DNA from: Negaprion brevirostris
Taxonomy: Eukaryota
DNA length: 64,000 nt
Assembly: GCA_030324005.1 (NCBI GenBank)
Contig: JARDVH010000097.1
Coordinates: forward strand, 53,626,075-53,690,074
Direction: 5' to 3'
The first letter of the stretch is position 1. Each line of letters starts with the position of its first letter. This document shows positions 14,701 to 26,700 of this stretch, piece by piece. The notes under the pieces are model-generated. The model saw only the letters and a list, made by a program, of their open reading frames with translations. It searched no databases and was not told the DNA's origin. Made by a program: the position numbers and the translations under genes.

Positions 14701-17700
14701 TACTTACTGACTGCAGTTGACGTATGCCTTCAGGTAACGATGTGGGCAGGTTATTGTTGTAAAACGTTCCACATGCTGGATCATATTGATCATTATTGTG
14801 AGGTCCTGCCAACCGAGGCAGTGGTGTCTGACCATCAAAACAAGGACCTGCAGGCCCAAAGACTGGGTTGGCCAGTGTTGTTGCTCCATGTACAGCAGAT
14901 TCATTGTAATGAGATCCTTGAGGCATGTTAAATCTGGGTCCAGATTGTCCATCAAATACTCTTCCCTGATACTGTGAACTTGGAGGATGGCCATTAAACA
15001 AATGACCAGCAACACTGCATCTAGGATCAGGATGCATCGAAGCCCCTTCAAATTGTGGTCCACGAGAACCATCAAAATATGCACCAGGCTGTGCAGGAAT
15101 AATGTCAAACCGAGTTCCAGTAGGACCATCAAAACGAATGGCAGACTGGCCTGGATGGGTGCCTGAGCCATCAAAGTGTGTGCCAGGTTGCCCCATTTGT
15201 GGGCCATCAAATCGCGCAGCACATTGTGCTGGGCGGCCACCAGGGCCATCAAAATGTGCATTGGGCTGTCCTGGATGTGGACCATCAAATCGTGTGACAG
15301 GCTGCCCTAGTCGAGAACTTGGGCTGTCAAAACGCATACTGGGGGGACCAGGCTGAGGACCCTCAAAACGCATGCATGGTTGCCCTAGACCATCTGGACC
15401 ATCAAAGCGTGTGCCAGACGGACGAGGGTGTGGGCCATCAAAGTGCATGGCAGTTTGCCCAGAGTGTGGATCAAAGCGAGGATGCCCTAGATGATTTCCA
15501 GGATTGTCTAACTGTGTGCCTGGCTGGCCTGCGTGCGGGCCAAAGCGCGTGCCAGGGTGGCCGCCTGGATTGTCAAAGTGACTACATGACTGCCCAGGAT
15601 GCGAACCATCAATCCGAGTGCCAGGCTGTGGGCCATCAAAGTGTACTCCAGGCTGCCCAGGGTGACCACCTGGACTATCAAAGCACGTTCCAGGCTGTCC
15701 TGGGTGAGGGCCATTAAAGCGTGTCCCAGGCAGTCCTGGGTGCGGGCCATCAAAGCGCAGTCCAGGTTGCCCTGGGCGAGGACCATCAAAACGCGGTCCA
15801 GGAGGCACCATACGAGGTCCATCAAAACGTGGCCCAGGCTGTCTTGGGCGAGAACTGTCAAACCGCAGTGCAGGCTGCCCAGGCCGAGGGCCACATGGAC
15901 CATCAAAGCGTACACTAGGCTGCCCTAGGTGTAAAGTCCCTGGGCAATCAAAGCACGCACCAGGCTGTCCTCGGTGTGGGCCATCAAAGCATGCAACAGG
16001 TTGTCCAGCATGGGAACCACTCAGACTATCAAAGTGTCCAGTAAGTTGCCTGGGAATACCCTCGATCCAATGACGAGGCTGCTCAGGGGCACTATCCATT
16101 GGCTGAATAACTTGTTCAGGGGGTTCCTGCAACCTCATCCTAGATCCAGCAATGCATCCATCACAGCTTGGAGAGCCATTTCGGCTACGAAGCCATACCC
16201 GGTCTGATTCAATGGAATCATCAGTTCTCAATTTTTCCAGATTTCTTGCAGACCCAGATTTTCCTTGCCCTGTTCTGTCCGTAACTTCTCGAAATCTCTG
16301 AGGCATTTCAAGTCCCCCAGATCTTAACCTTGAACTTTCAACTAGTCCACTGCTTCTCTGTGGTGCATCATAAGCAGGTCTTTCCTCTGTATGACGGTCA
16401 CAATGAGATCTTGGCTCTTCTCTTTTTATGTCTGAAAAAGAAAGTACATTCATTATTGTTTTGGAGAGATTTAAACACTAGCTCTTAGGGCAGAGCAGGC
16501 TTCAGAGACTGATGCAAAATATTCATTATAAAACACCATTTGCTGATCTACTTATAATCAATGATTTTATTGAAACCAGAAAATAATTAATTCTATGCAT
16601 TTTAATGACAATTTATTTTAATACCACCTTTGTCTCCTGCCACAGCAGCCTCTGTACCACTAGAAATTAATGGACTTGCTTCCCATTCAATATTGAGGAA
16701 ATTGAAGATATTTCTTTTAAAGTTATGAGTTACATATTACATTTCAAAAACCATTCCAGAAATACATCGCAATATGATTCTACTGCAAATCACAAACTCA
16801 ACTTGAGGGATCAATGCACATATCAGGGATTCTGGTGATAATTATCCAATATTTGTAGCTTTAGTGATAGTTGATGTGGTATTCAATAAACTCCTCCCAA
16901 TACTTTTATTTAATAAAGACAGATGAGCAGTAGTCGACACAATAGCTGGCTTCAATGCCCATTTGCTTTGAGATTGGCAGACAGGGTAGGTGAGAACAGG
17001 GACAAGATCTTCCCAGTATTTTCACATACAATTACTGTCCAGTAACCCATGCTGGAAAATGCTTATGCACAGACATTGAGTATGTTAAGACAGGAAATGG
17101 AGAGTAGGATTAAATGGGTCTTTTTAAAAACCAGCAAAGCAGGGACAGGTGCAGTCCCACAGGGATCAGCGCTCAGACCTCAGCTATTCGCAATATACGT
17201 CAATGATTTTAATGAGGCAACCAAAAGTAACATTTCCAAGTTTACTGACTACACAGAAGTCGGTAGGAATAGNNNNNNNNNNNNNNNNNNNNNNNNNNNN
17301 NNNNNNNNNNNNNNNNNNNNNNNNNNNNNNNNNNNNNNNNNNNNNNNNNNNNNNNNNNNNNNNNNNNNNNNNAGGAATAGGAGTGTTGACGAAGATGTTA
17401 AGAGGCTTCAACGTGATTTAGAGAAGCTGAACGAGTTGGCAAATACATGGCAGCTGCAGTATAATGTGGATAAGCATGAAGTTATCCACTTACAACATAA
17501 AAGCAGAACATTACTTAACTGGTGCTAGATTGGGAAATGCTACTGTACTAAAGGATCTGGGTGTCCTTGGGTCCAGCCACTGAAAGCAAGCATGTAAGTA
17601 CAGTAAGCAGTTAGGAAGGCAAATGATACGTTGGCCTTCATCACAGTAAGAGTACAGGTGCAAGGATACTTCCTGAAGGTATACATATTCTTGGTGAGGG

Positions 17701-20700
17701 TACTGTGTGCAGTGATGGTTTCTTTAGCCAAGGAAGGATATACTTGCCATAAAGGGAGTGCAGCGAAAGTTCACCAGACTGATTCCTGGGATGGCAGGAT
17801 TGTCATACACAGGAAGGTTATGCTGACTGCGTCTGTAGTCACTGGAGTTTAAAGTGAGGGATATTGAATTTAAACATAAAATTCTGACAGGGCTGGACAG
17901 ATTGGATGTAGGAATATTGTTTCCTCTGACTGGTGGAGGTTGGAAGTCCCAGGATGCGCAGTAAAGCCTGAGAAGAGGAGGTTACCTCTTTACTCAGGGT
18001 GATGAACCTGTGGAATTCTCTACCACAGAAAGCTGTGGAGACAGCTTTTTGAATAACATTTAAAAAGGAAATAGATAAGATTTCTAGATTCTAAAACGTG
18101 TCAAGGGGTACGGGAGAGCACAGAATTTTGTTGAAATGCAGGATCAGCCATGATCATATTGAATACTGGAGAAGGCGCGAAGAGACAAATGGCTTATTCC
18201 TTCTATTTTCAAGATGATGCTTCATCTGTGAAATAGCCTGCAAATATTCACTAGCCTAATATATAGAGAATGGTCTTAAATTACTGCAGAGCTATAAGTA
18301 TTCAACGAAGCAAATGTCAATGCCACAAGCAAAAACTAAAAATCCTTGTGTGATTTTTCTCCTGTAAAACCCAATGCAAGTGGCAAACTATAAATAACTT
18401 CCAGAAAGATGGGCAAATCTGAAGGATTGCAGCTATGAAAACAGTACCAGGAAACCAGGATGGATGTATCTTGCCTTTTGAGTGTAAAGCATTTGCAATG
18501 ATTCAATGGGAAAATTGCTTATAGTTCAAGATTACGCTACATTACAAGGCCCAAGTCAATTCTGTGCGTAACTGATCCCAGCAAGGGTTGCTGTAGTACA
18601 TTAGCAGCCTTGAAATGGATGGAGAATCACCATGTCAATCCAGTTCTCGTTCTCACTCTCACTCGCTAGCCAAATAACATTTTAATCCTCAAGCGCAGGT
18701 GTCAGATATGAAAAGAAAGAATACTTGGTTGAGTTGCCTCCACGAGCCAATGACTGCTGACAACCATTGCCTANNNNNNNNNNTTATGTTGTGTGAAAAA
18801 TATAGCAGTTGCCACTTAAGTTATTGCCATTTGAACAAACCACCATCTGCAACTTGAGTTACAGCTTCAGTAAGTTAGAAAATAGGTAGAAGTTTTTTTT
18901 GAAATCCTGGTTGACCTGACCTTGAATAATTAAGAGATGCAAGCACAGATACTTCCGTATGTCAATAGGAAACTGCCTAGTCTTGTCCATTGCCAAAAGG
19001 AATATTCATAAACTTCAGAAGAAATGCTTGGTTTTGACATTGTGACCCAGGAAAGAGAATAAATTTAACAGGCAAATTGGAAGAGCTTTCAATTACTTTT
19101 CTAAATTTACCTTGTCCATCTCTTGGACCAAATTCTTGAAGATCTCTTTCAACCATGGGCTGATGTTTTGACCCCTGCCGCTGATCTTTGTGTTCATTTC
19201 TTGACTCTGTCCAATTATTACACAATTTCCCGTGATTAGAATCTGTTTTGTACCGATCTTCAGGAATGGGAGAACTTCTCACTTGTTTAATCGGCAACTT
19301 TTCATCTCCATGCTTTTTGCTATCACGTATGTTACTTTGGTTTCTCTCCTCATCTATCAACGGACTCATATGTTGACGAAGTGGTGATACATGGTCACGT
19401 TTGTCATGCAATTGTCTATTATCACCAACAGGAGATCGTCTTGAAGGTTTTATGTCACCCAATTTTCTTCTGTCTGAGTGTCTTCCTTCACTGTAATGTC
19501 CACGTCCACTCTCACTTGCCTCTCTTTTTTCTCCAAGTTTTCTTTCCTGACCAGAACCTCTTGTATCATGTCTTTCAATTAGTGAATATGAAGTGCTGCT
19601 CATTGTTGGAGACTTGCTGCCTTGGTCACCATCTTCTCTTACACTAAGCAGGAGATCATCCGATATATCTTTATTATGAGCCTCTCTTGTTTTCCAACGA
19701 GATTCTGTTTCATGTGATTTTTCTAACTGAACCCTGGTTCTTTTTAATTTAGACATGTGCTCAAGATAGCTTAGTTCTGCTTCAGATAATAGTGCAGCTT
19801 TACCTTGGGTTCTAGCTAATGGAGATTCTCCTTTCAGTTCAGTTTTAAAACCTCTGGGGGTAACATGGGATGCTTGCCAGTCACCAGATCTACTCTTTTC
19901 CTCTTGATACTGGAACAGCTGATTGATTTGATGAGCAACAACAAGGAACTCATCATAACTTATTTCTGCAGCTGCTAGTCGTTGATTCGCCTACAAAAAC
20001 AAAAAGGTTATAAACTTGAATACGTAAAATGCAAGGGCTAATTAAAATCAACAGCTTTTAGCATGCCTAACAATAGTTTCAATAAACATAACAGCAACTG
20101 AATTTGGTCGAAAGAGCACTTGTATGGATATCAATTACAAAATTGCACTGTGATGTCTCCATCACAATTTCCAATTGCTCAGAAAAGCTATACTCATTAA
20201 AATCAGTCCTCTAGTTTGGAGGTGTGCACTGAGGTGTACCACAGTGCTACCACTGCCTATAAATTTATAGCAGAAGTCATCACTAAAAGAAACGAAGGGA
20301 AAGGGGAAACTGAGAATGGTCAAGAGCTTGTCAGCAAATCATGGAATATTCTCAAATATAAATATTCAAGTAACCAGTCAGGAATCTATTCAGTAATTTA
20401 CAAGAGTTGTCAGCAATAAACAACTATTTTCTGTCCATGTTAATTGAATGAATTATCACGCAATACATAAATGGCTTTCTTCATTTGATTAAAAGGTTAA
20501 CTTTGATGCATAAACAAAAGGTTTCTTTGGCCTGTCAACTACTCTTCCCATGTGATACCAAAGCAAATGTCTGCATTAACTAACTCTTTGAATTTACAGA
20601 CATGTCTTCAAGTTCTGACAAGCCATTATTAATTTCAAGCACGAGAAGGAAATTAACTTGGGATTCTATTCCTTTCGCAGAATAATGAACATAATCTTAG

Positions 20701-23700
20701 GTGACATTTCCCAACTCTGCCATAATGTATTATAGTCCACTGTCCTAAATCTTTAATTAGATTTTCATATTTCTTATACACAAATATAAACATCTGGTTT
20801 CTTGTATCCAAGTGATAAAAATCATGGTTTTGTAATATCTTATTTTCTTTCACTATGTGAGTTCGTTCCCAAGTTGGGAGTCTTTACGGATGTTAACAAT
20901 CTACCAACTTAGTTCCATAACCGTTAAATGTTATTTCCTAAAGTCTACCAATCTCAGTTCTGAAGCTTTCAACTGACCTAGCCACAACACCTTTCTGGGC
21001 AACTGAATTTCAAATTTCTACTAAACCTCTGTGTGAGCAGATCCCTTCTTGATGTTGCCTTCAATAGCCTAGCTCTTATTTTAAGATTATGACCTTTGTT
21101 CTGAATGGTCCCACCAGAAGAATGTACCTATTGTAGCTCATCATTTACAAAATACTTGATCCATCTTTCTTGGGTCCAAAATGGATGACCTCATACTTTC
21201 AACTCTATCTGCTAATTTGCCACTCATTTTGTCACAAGTTCTGACAACTTGTTATCCTATACCATGTCATCCAATAAGCAAACATGAATCTATGGCTCTG
21301 CGTTCCATTATTGAGTCTTTTAACAATTTTTGAAAGGCAAATCAGAAATCCTCCTGATGAAAGGCAGTGTTTCATCTATTCTTTGAACCAGGTCCCTTTA
21401 AGTAAATGATACACAGAATTTCCAACTCCTCAGCTCCCACCATTTTATTGACAAACCCTAGACTTTCCACTGGATATCATTCAAGGCTACCCATAAAGCA
21501 GTTTTCAAACATTCAACAAGTCAACAAGAACAGATAGTTTTCCCATGAAAGCTGCCTGTCACTACCAATGACTGCAAAAACACTTGCATTATGTTGGCTC
21601 AGATCAGGTGTGGTGTCGACATGCTGCGCTTGGTTGGAGTCATTGGGTTGCATTTCAGCTTCATTTGAAGCAATTTTTTAAAGCGGCATCTGGGCCTTTT
21701 GGCTAAGATGCAAATTAGATCAAGCCTNNNNNNNNNNNNNNNNNNNNNNNNNNNNNNNNNNNNNNNNNNNNNNNNNNNNNNNNNNNNNNNNNNNNNNNNN
21801 NNNNNNNNNNNNNNNNNNNNNNNNNNNTGTCCCAACTTGTTGGGACTCTGAATTGGCTTTAATTTGACTTGATTGGATTGGAATAAAGTTTGAAAAAAAA
21901 AACACTTGCATTATGTCACTGGGCCCAACAATACCTCTGGTTGAGGAGTGGGATTGCTTTGGGACCAAAAATGTGTATTCGAAGGCAGAGGACAAAGTTG
22001 AGATTCTTGATGAATACTTTGCAACTCTCTTACCAAGGGGGAAGATACTGCCAGGTCAGTAAAAATGGAAGTAGTTGAGATTCTTGATGGGCTAAAAAAA
22101 TTGATGAAGGACACAATAGAAAGGCCAGTTGTACATTTTTAAATTCATTTTACAAGACCTGAGTGTTGCTGGCTAGGCCAGCATTTACTACCCATCCCTA
22201 ATTGTCCTTGAGAAGATGTTGATGAGCTGTCTTCTTGAACAGCTGCAGTCACCTGTGATATAGATAATCATAGTGCATACCAGGATTTTAACTTAAACAG
22301 TGAAGGAACGGTGATATATTTCCAAGTTAGATTGGTGAGTGGCTTGGAAGAGAACTTCCAGGTGGGGGTGTTCCATGTGTCTGTTGCCCTTATCCTTCCA
22401 GATGGTAGTGGTTGTCAGTTTGGAGGTGCTGTTTAAGGAACCTCAACTGGGCACGTCTGGATGAATTAAGGAAGGCCAGCGTGGATTGTTTAAAATAGAT
22501 AAATGGTATCCAACTAACTCTCAATTTTTTGATGAGCCCTTTCCCTAGAGAACATTACGTTGCCTACTCCTTGGATTATGCTCAAAGACACAAATACCCA
22601 GTCCTGTTCTGACAAATTCCTCTAAAGTAGTCGAAATGCACTCTTCAGGGTGCTGCTGCATTTCTGATTATTTTTGAATTGTGCTTGCTCCCAGTAATGC
22701 GATGGGATGGTTAAACTACTATTTGCACGTCTCCCATTGGTGAACTCGTCTAAAGGCGTTAATAAAATCATTTTTTGTGTGTCCTTCAAAACTCTTTGAT
22801 TAGACACCATTGGCATTTCAAGTGAATGGTCACAAACCCAAAATATTTCATAAGCATTTCAATCACTGTTACTTCTATGGCAAAAACTTTCACTAAAGAA
22901 AATGTTCCAAGTCTGAGCAGGAAAGCAGCCTTTGCTGCAGAATATTACTAAAACAAGAATTAAAATCAGGGTGTATTGCTTGAGAAGGTGCAAGCAGGTT
23001 CAACTGTGAATTTCAAAAGAATTGGACAAACACCTGAAGGGAAAAAATAGTTGAGCCTTTGCAAAAGGGCCGATGAGTGAGACTAGCAGAAATGCTTCTG
23101 CAGAACCAGCACAGATATGATGGGCTGAATGGTTTCCTTCTGTGCTATAACTATTAAATGTATATGACAATAGTTATGTGGATATGTAGATCTTTGAAGT
23201 CTTTTAGCTTTGTTAGAGGGTAAGTGGTTTTCAACTTCTGATTCAACCCAGAAATGCACACAGATGTAACACAAGTAAAACTTTGAATTTCCTTGATCTA
23301 ATAGAACTTCCTACAGGGTCCGTGCAAGGAGTAGTTTTTACATGTCACTCTTCAAACATTCCTAATAAATGCTTCCACAGAAGGCTTCAAACCCTTAGCC
23401 TGGGAGACAGTGCATTCCCCCATATCTTACATATGCATGATCTGCTAAATATGTTAACTTTTCCTGAAAGCCAAGCTTATAACTATCATCTCCAGTTAAA
23501 AAAGCAATTAGGAGGGGTTCCTGCTTCACTATTTCTTTTCCTGGAATGGTTGTTCTCGGAAAGAAACTTACTTTTTGTCGAATTAACTTGCTTGAGTGTG
23601 GCATCAGGCAGGGTATCTGCTGGACAGTGTTGAATGGTCATGCTACAAATTGCTGTACAAGCTCTGCTAATATCCATCTAGACTCCAAACAAGTCTATAT

Positions 23701-26700
23701 AAGTGTAAAAATATGTTTTCTGAAAGGTTGTCAAGGAACATTGTGCCAATGTGATTTCCCAGCTTCTCCCACTGTATCAGCGCTCCCCCCACCCCTTCTA
23801 ACTGATGAACAATCCTGTGAGGCAGTTGAACGCAAGAAAGTAGTTTTAACAAGTTAAATGATTAAGAAAAATTGAGGTAAAGCAATTTAATTTATAATGA
23901 AACACAATTAATAAATTTCCACTTACTTTTTTCAGTAAATCTCTTTTGCTGGCAGATGTCAATTCTTTTGGGATTTGTAAGTTTGCATCAACACTCATCC
24001 TTTGCTGTCTTGGTGTTCGAGGAGACAGAATACCTTTACTTCCAGGATACACATCCTTCTGCTGATGAGGAAATTTTGTATTTGTCGGAGTCTCTTGTTT
24101 CTGCTTTAAGCTACAAAGCAAACATTTATAATAAAGTATTATATATCAGTTTTTTTTAAACTTTACCATCTTGTAACTTACTGGTTGCAATGATTCCTTG
24201 TGGACTCAAAGTAAATCCCCATCAAAATTAAACTGTTTTTTCCTTGAATGTGTTCAACCGAATGGATATCTGAAATAATTTTCCTTCCTTTAGAAACCGA
24301 TTCATCAGCTATGTACTTACAGCTTCTTCAATTACTTCAGTGGCTCGTTAGCAACTGACAGTATGATTACTTTACAATATGCGGTAGCAGCCATAAAAAT
24401 ATCAGAAGCCTCAACTCCTCAAATGGAAAAAAGTTCACAACCTTGCAACACATATCTCAGTTGTATCGTTGAAAAGATATGAAGAAAGAAGATACTGTGC
24501 CTCAAAGATTATTGCTACAATTAGTAGTTTCATTTCTACATGAATGGCAGTAGGAACATTAGTTACAATAAAAGCAAAATACGACAGATGCTAGAAATCT
24601 AAAATATATATATAAAAACAAAAAACAGTGCTGGTAATTTCTAGAATTTTCTGTATAAGCTAAATTATGTTTGCCGATTATCCAAAATGTGTGGGGGTTG
24701 TGGGGATGTAGGAAACAGAGCTCACGCAGATTAAGTGCAGTATGACTGTGATGACGACAGTTATCATTTAATTTGGACAATTATGAGGTGCCAAAACCAG
24801 AGCAATCAAGTTTATATTCCACACAAAAATGTTAACATATATCAAAATCACAGCATGTAACAAAGGGGCTACTGATACATTACTCACTAAAATACACAGG
24901 GCAAACATTTTTGGATGTAAAATTGATGGAATTAAATTAGAACTTTTAGGAAGATAGTACTGTATACAATATTTTGATTTGCAGATAAATGTGGCTGTGA
25001 AGTAGTAACTATTCCCAGAGATTGGNNNNNNNNNNTAACTTGGAAATCAAAAAATTGCAGGGTTATAGTAATAGTGGAATGGGATAATTGGGAAAATCAT
25101 TTAAAGGACATCACAGCTATGACGAGCATAATATTCTCTATGTTCTTCCGTAAGATTCAGATAGGGAGAGTCTGAAATGCACAGTGTTAGTCTGGAAAAA
25201 TGGGCCCAGTGAAGACCCCACAATACTTAATAAATTGTCTCACCTAATTATTTCTGACCAATGAAACATACACAAGTATGAACAGAAGCAAATCAAGCGC
25301 TAAAGTGGAAATGTGGACAGTTTTCGATTTAATTATTCTGTGCAATGATGGTTAACAGTGTGGAATAGGTTAACCGTCTGATAGAAGATATCTTCTACAA
25401 GTTCAAAAAAGAACTTGCTATTTTATGGCAAAATGTGATTGATGGTTGCAAGGAAAATAAGTAGCAATCACATGGTCTGCAATGAACTTTCTGATATGGT
25501 ACATTCCCTTAACTTACCTTTTAGCTTCCTCCCAACCAGATTTCCATCTTTTTGCAGATGGCTGGTCATGCCAGTTTTCTGCATTTTCCTTTGGCTCAGG
25601 AGAACGCCTTGGGGAATTCCTGTTTTCAGGACGTGCAACCTGGGATTCCTGACATCTATCATCCCGCGGTCTCTTCAATTTCCGTGGATCTCTTGCTTCT
25701 GGTTTGGCATTACCTTTTTTCCTAGCATCTCGACGTTCCCAGTTATTAGCATTCTGTTTATACTCATCAGACAGGGGTCTCTTTACTGATTTTTCTTTGT
25801 CCTGTGTTTTGGCAAGTGGTGAAAGACTTGTACGCCTCCTTTTTGGTGAGGATCGCCCTCTTTGTCTGGTAGAACGTGATACAGGTGACCGTGATATTGG
25901 CGAGCGTGATCTTGGGGACCGTGATCTTGACGATCTAGAATGTGATCGAAAATTAAATCCTCCAGATTTAGAAACATCCTTTCCAATCTCTTTTCCATCC
26001 TTTTCATTTTTCAATAGAACCCCATTGATCGCTTTATTTCTTGTCACTGAAGGTTTACGTTCACTCCCTTTACTTTGATCATCCTCTACTTTTTTTTCAG
26101 TATTTATCTTCTTCTCTTTTATTTCTACTTTATCAGTCTTATCTTGAGAAGACTTGCGCAATCTTGGATCTCTTTTACTGACTTCTACTTTTACCTTCTC
26201 AGTATCTACTTTCTTAGCATTTTTGATAGGTAACTTATTTTTCACTGGCGATACCATTTTAGATTTTCCTTCAGAAGCTCTAGATTCCTTTCTCAATTTC
26301 TCACAGATCTTATCCTTGTCTTGTTTTGATGTACCAATTTGACTTTCCGTCCGATCAGAAGATCCTCCAGCTGGACTACTCCTTTTGCTTGCTGATGTTT
26401 TCTCTAATTTCTCTGTTTGCAATGGGCCTTCTTTTTTAGCAGAATCTTTTGAATGACATGACTGTTGACTGAGCCTATTTATCCGAGGGTCTCGGTTTGA
26501 CACTTTAGTATCACTGACATGTGTTGCCTGAAAGTTTTCTAACTCCGCTGATTCTTGCTGCAAGGGTCTAACCGTTGCAGGAGTTGGCTTTGCTGGTCCC
26601 ATTGAAAGCATAGGAGAAACCTTTGTGATTGGCACATGTAGTTTGGAATGTCCAAGAGTTACCGCCGAATCAGGAATAGGATGTTGGGAAGCAAGTGAGG

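Noticed and set aside
15100-16010. Regularly spaced 'ccatcaaa' DNA repeats with variable intervening sequence, superficially CRISPR-like
   Set aside because: They are the reverse complement of the Phe-Asp-Gly codons in the PCF11 protein repeat, in a vertebrate context with no cas genes.
14704-16207. Many overlapping ORFs on both strands (e.g. 14704-15288, 15319-15717, 15508-15915)
   Set aside because: These are shadow frames of the GC-rich repetitive PCF11 exon 8, with no independent protein features or splice context.
21595-21727. A functional U2 snRNA gene
   Set aside because: Only fragments within about nt 4-40 are visible, the branch-point-pairing GTAGTA is mutated, and the segment lies inside a TSD-flanked insert.
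25439-26342. Plus-strand ORFs of 62-124 aa
   Set aside because: They are antisense shadows of PCF11 exon 5.
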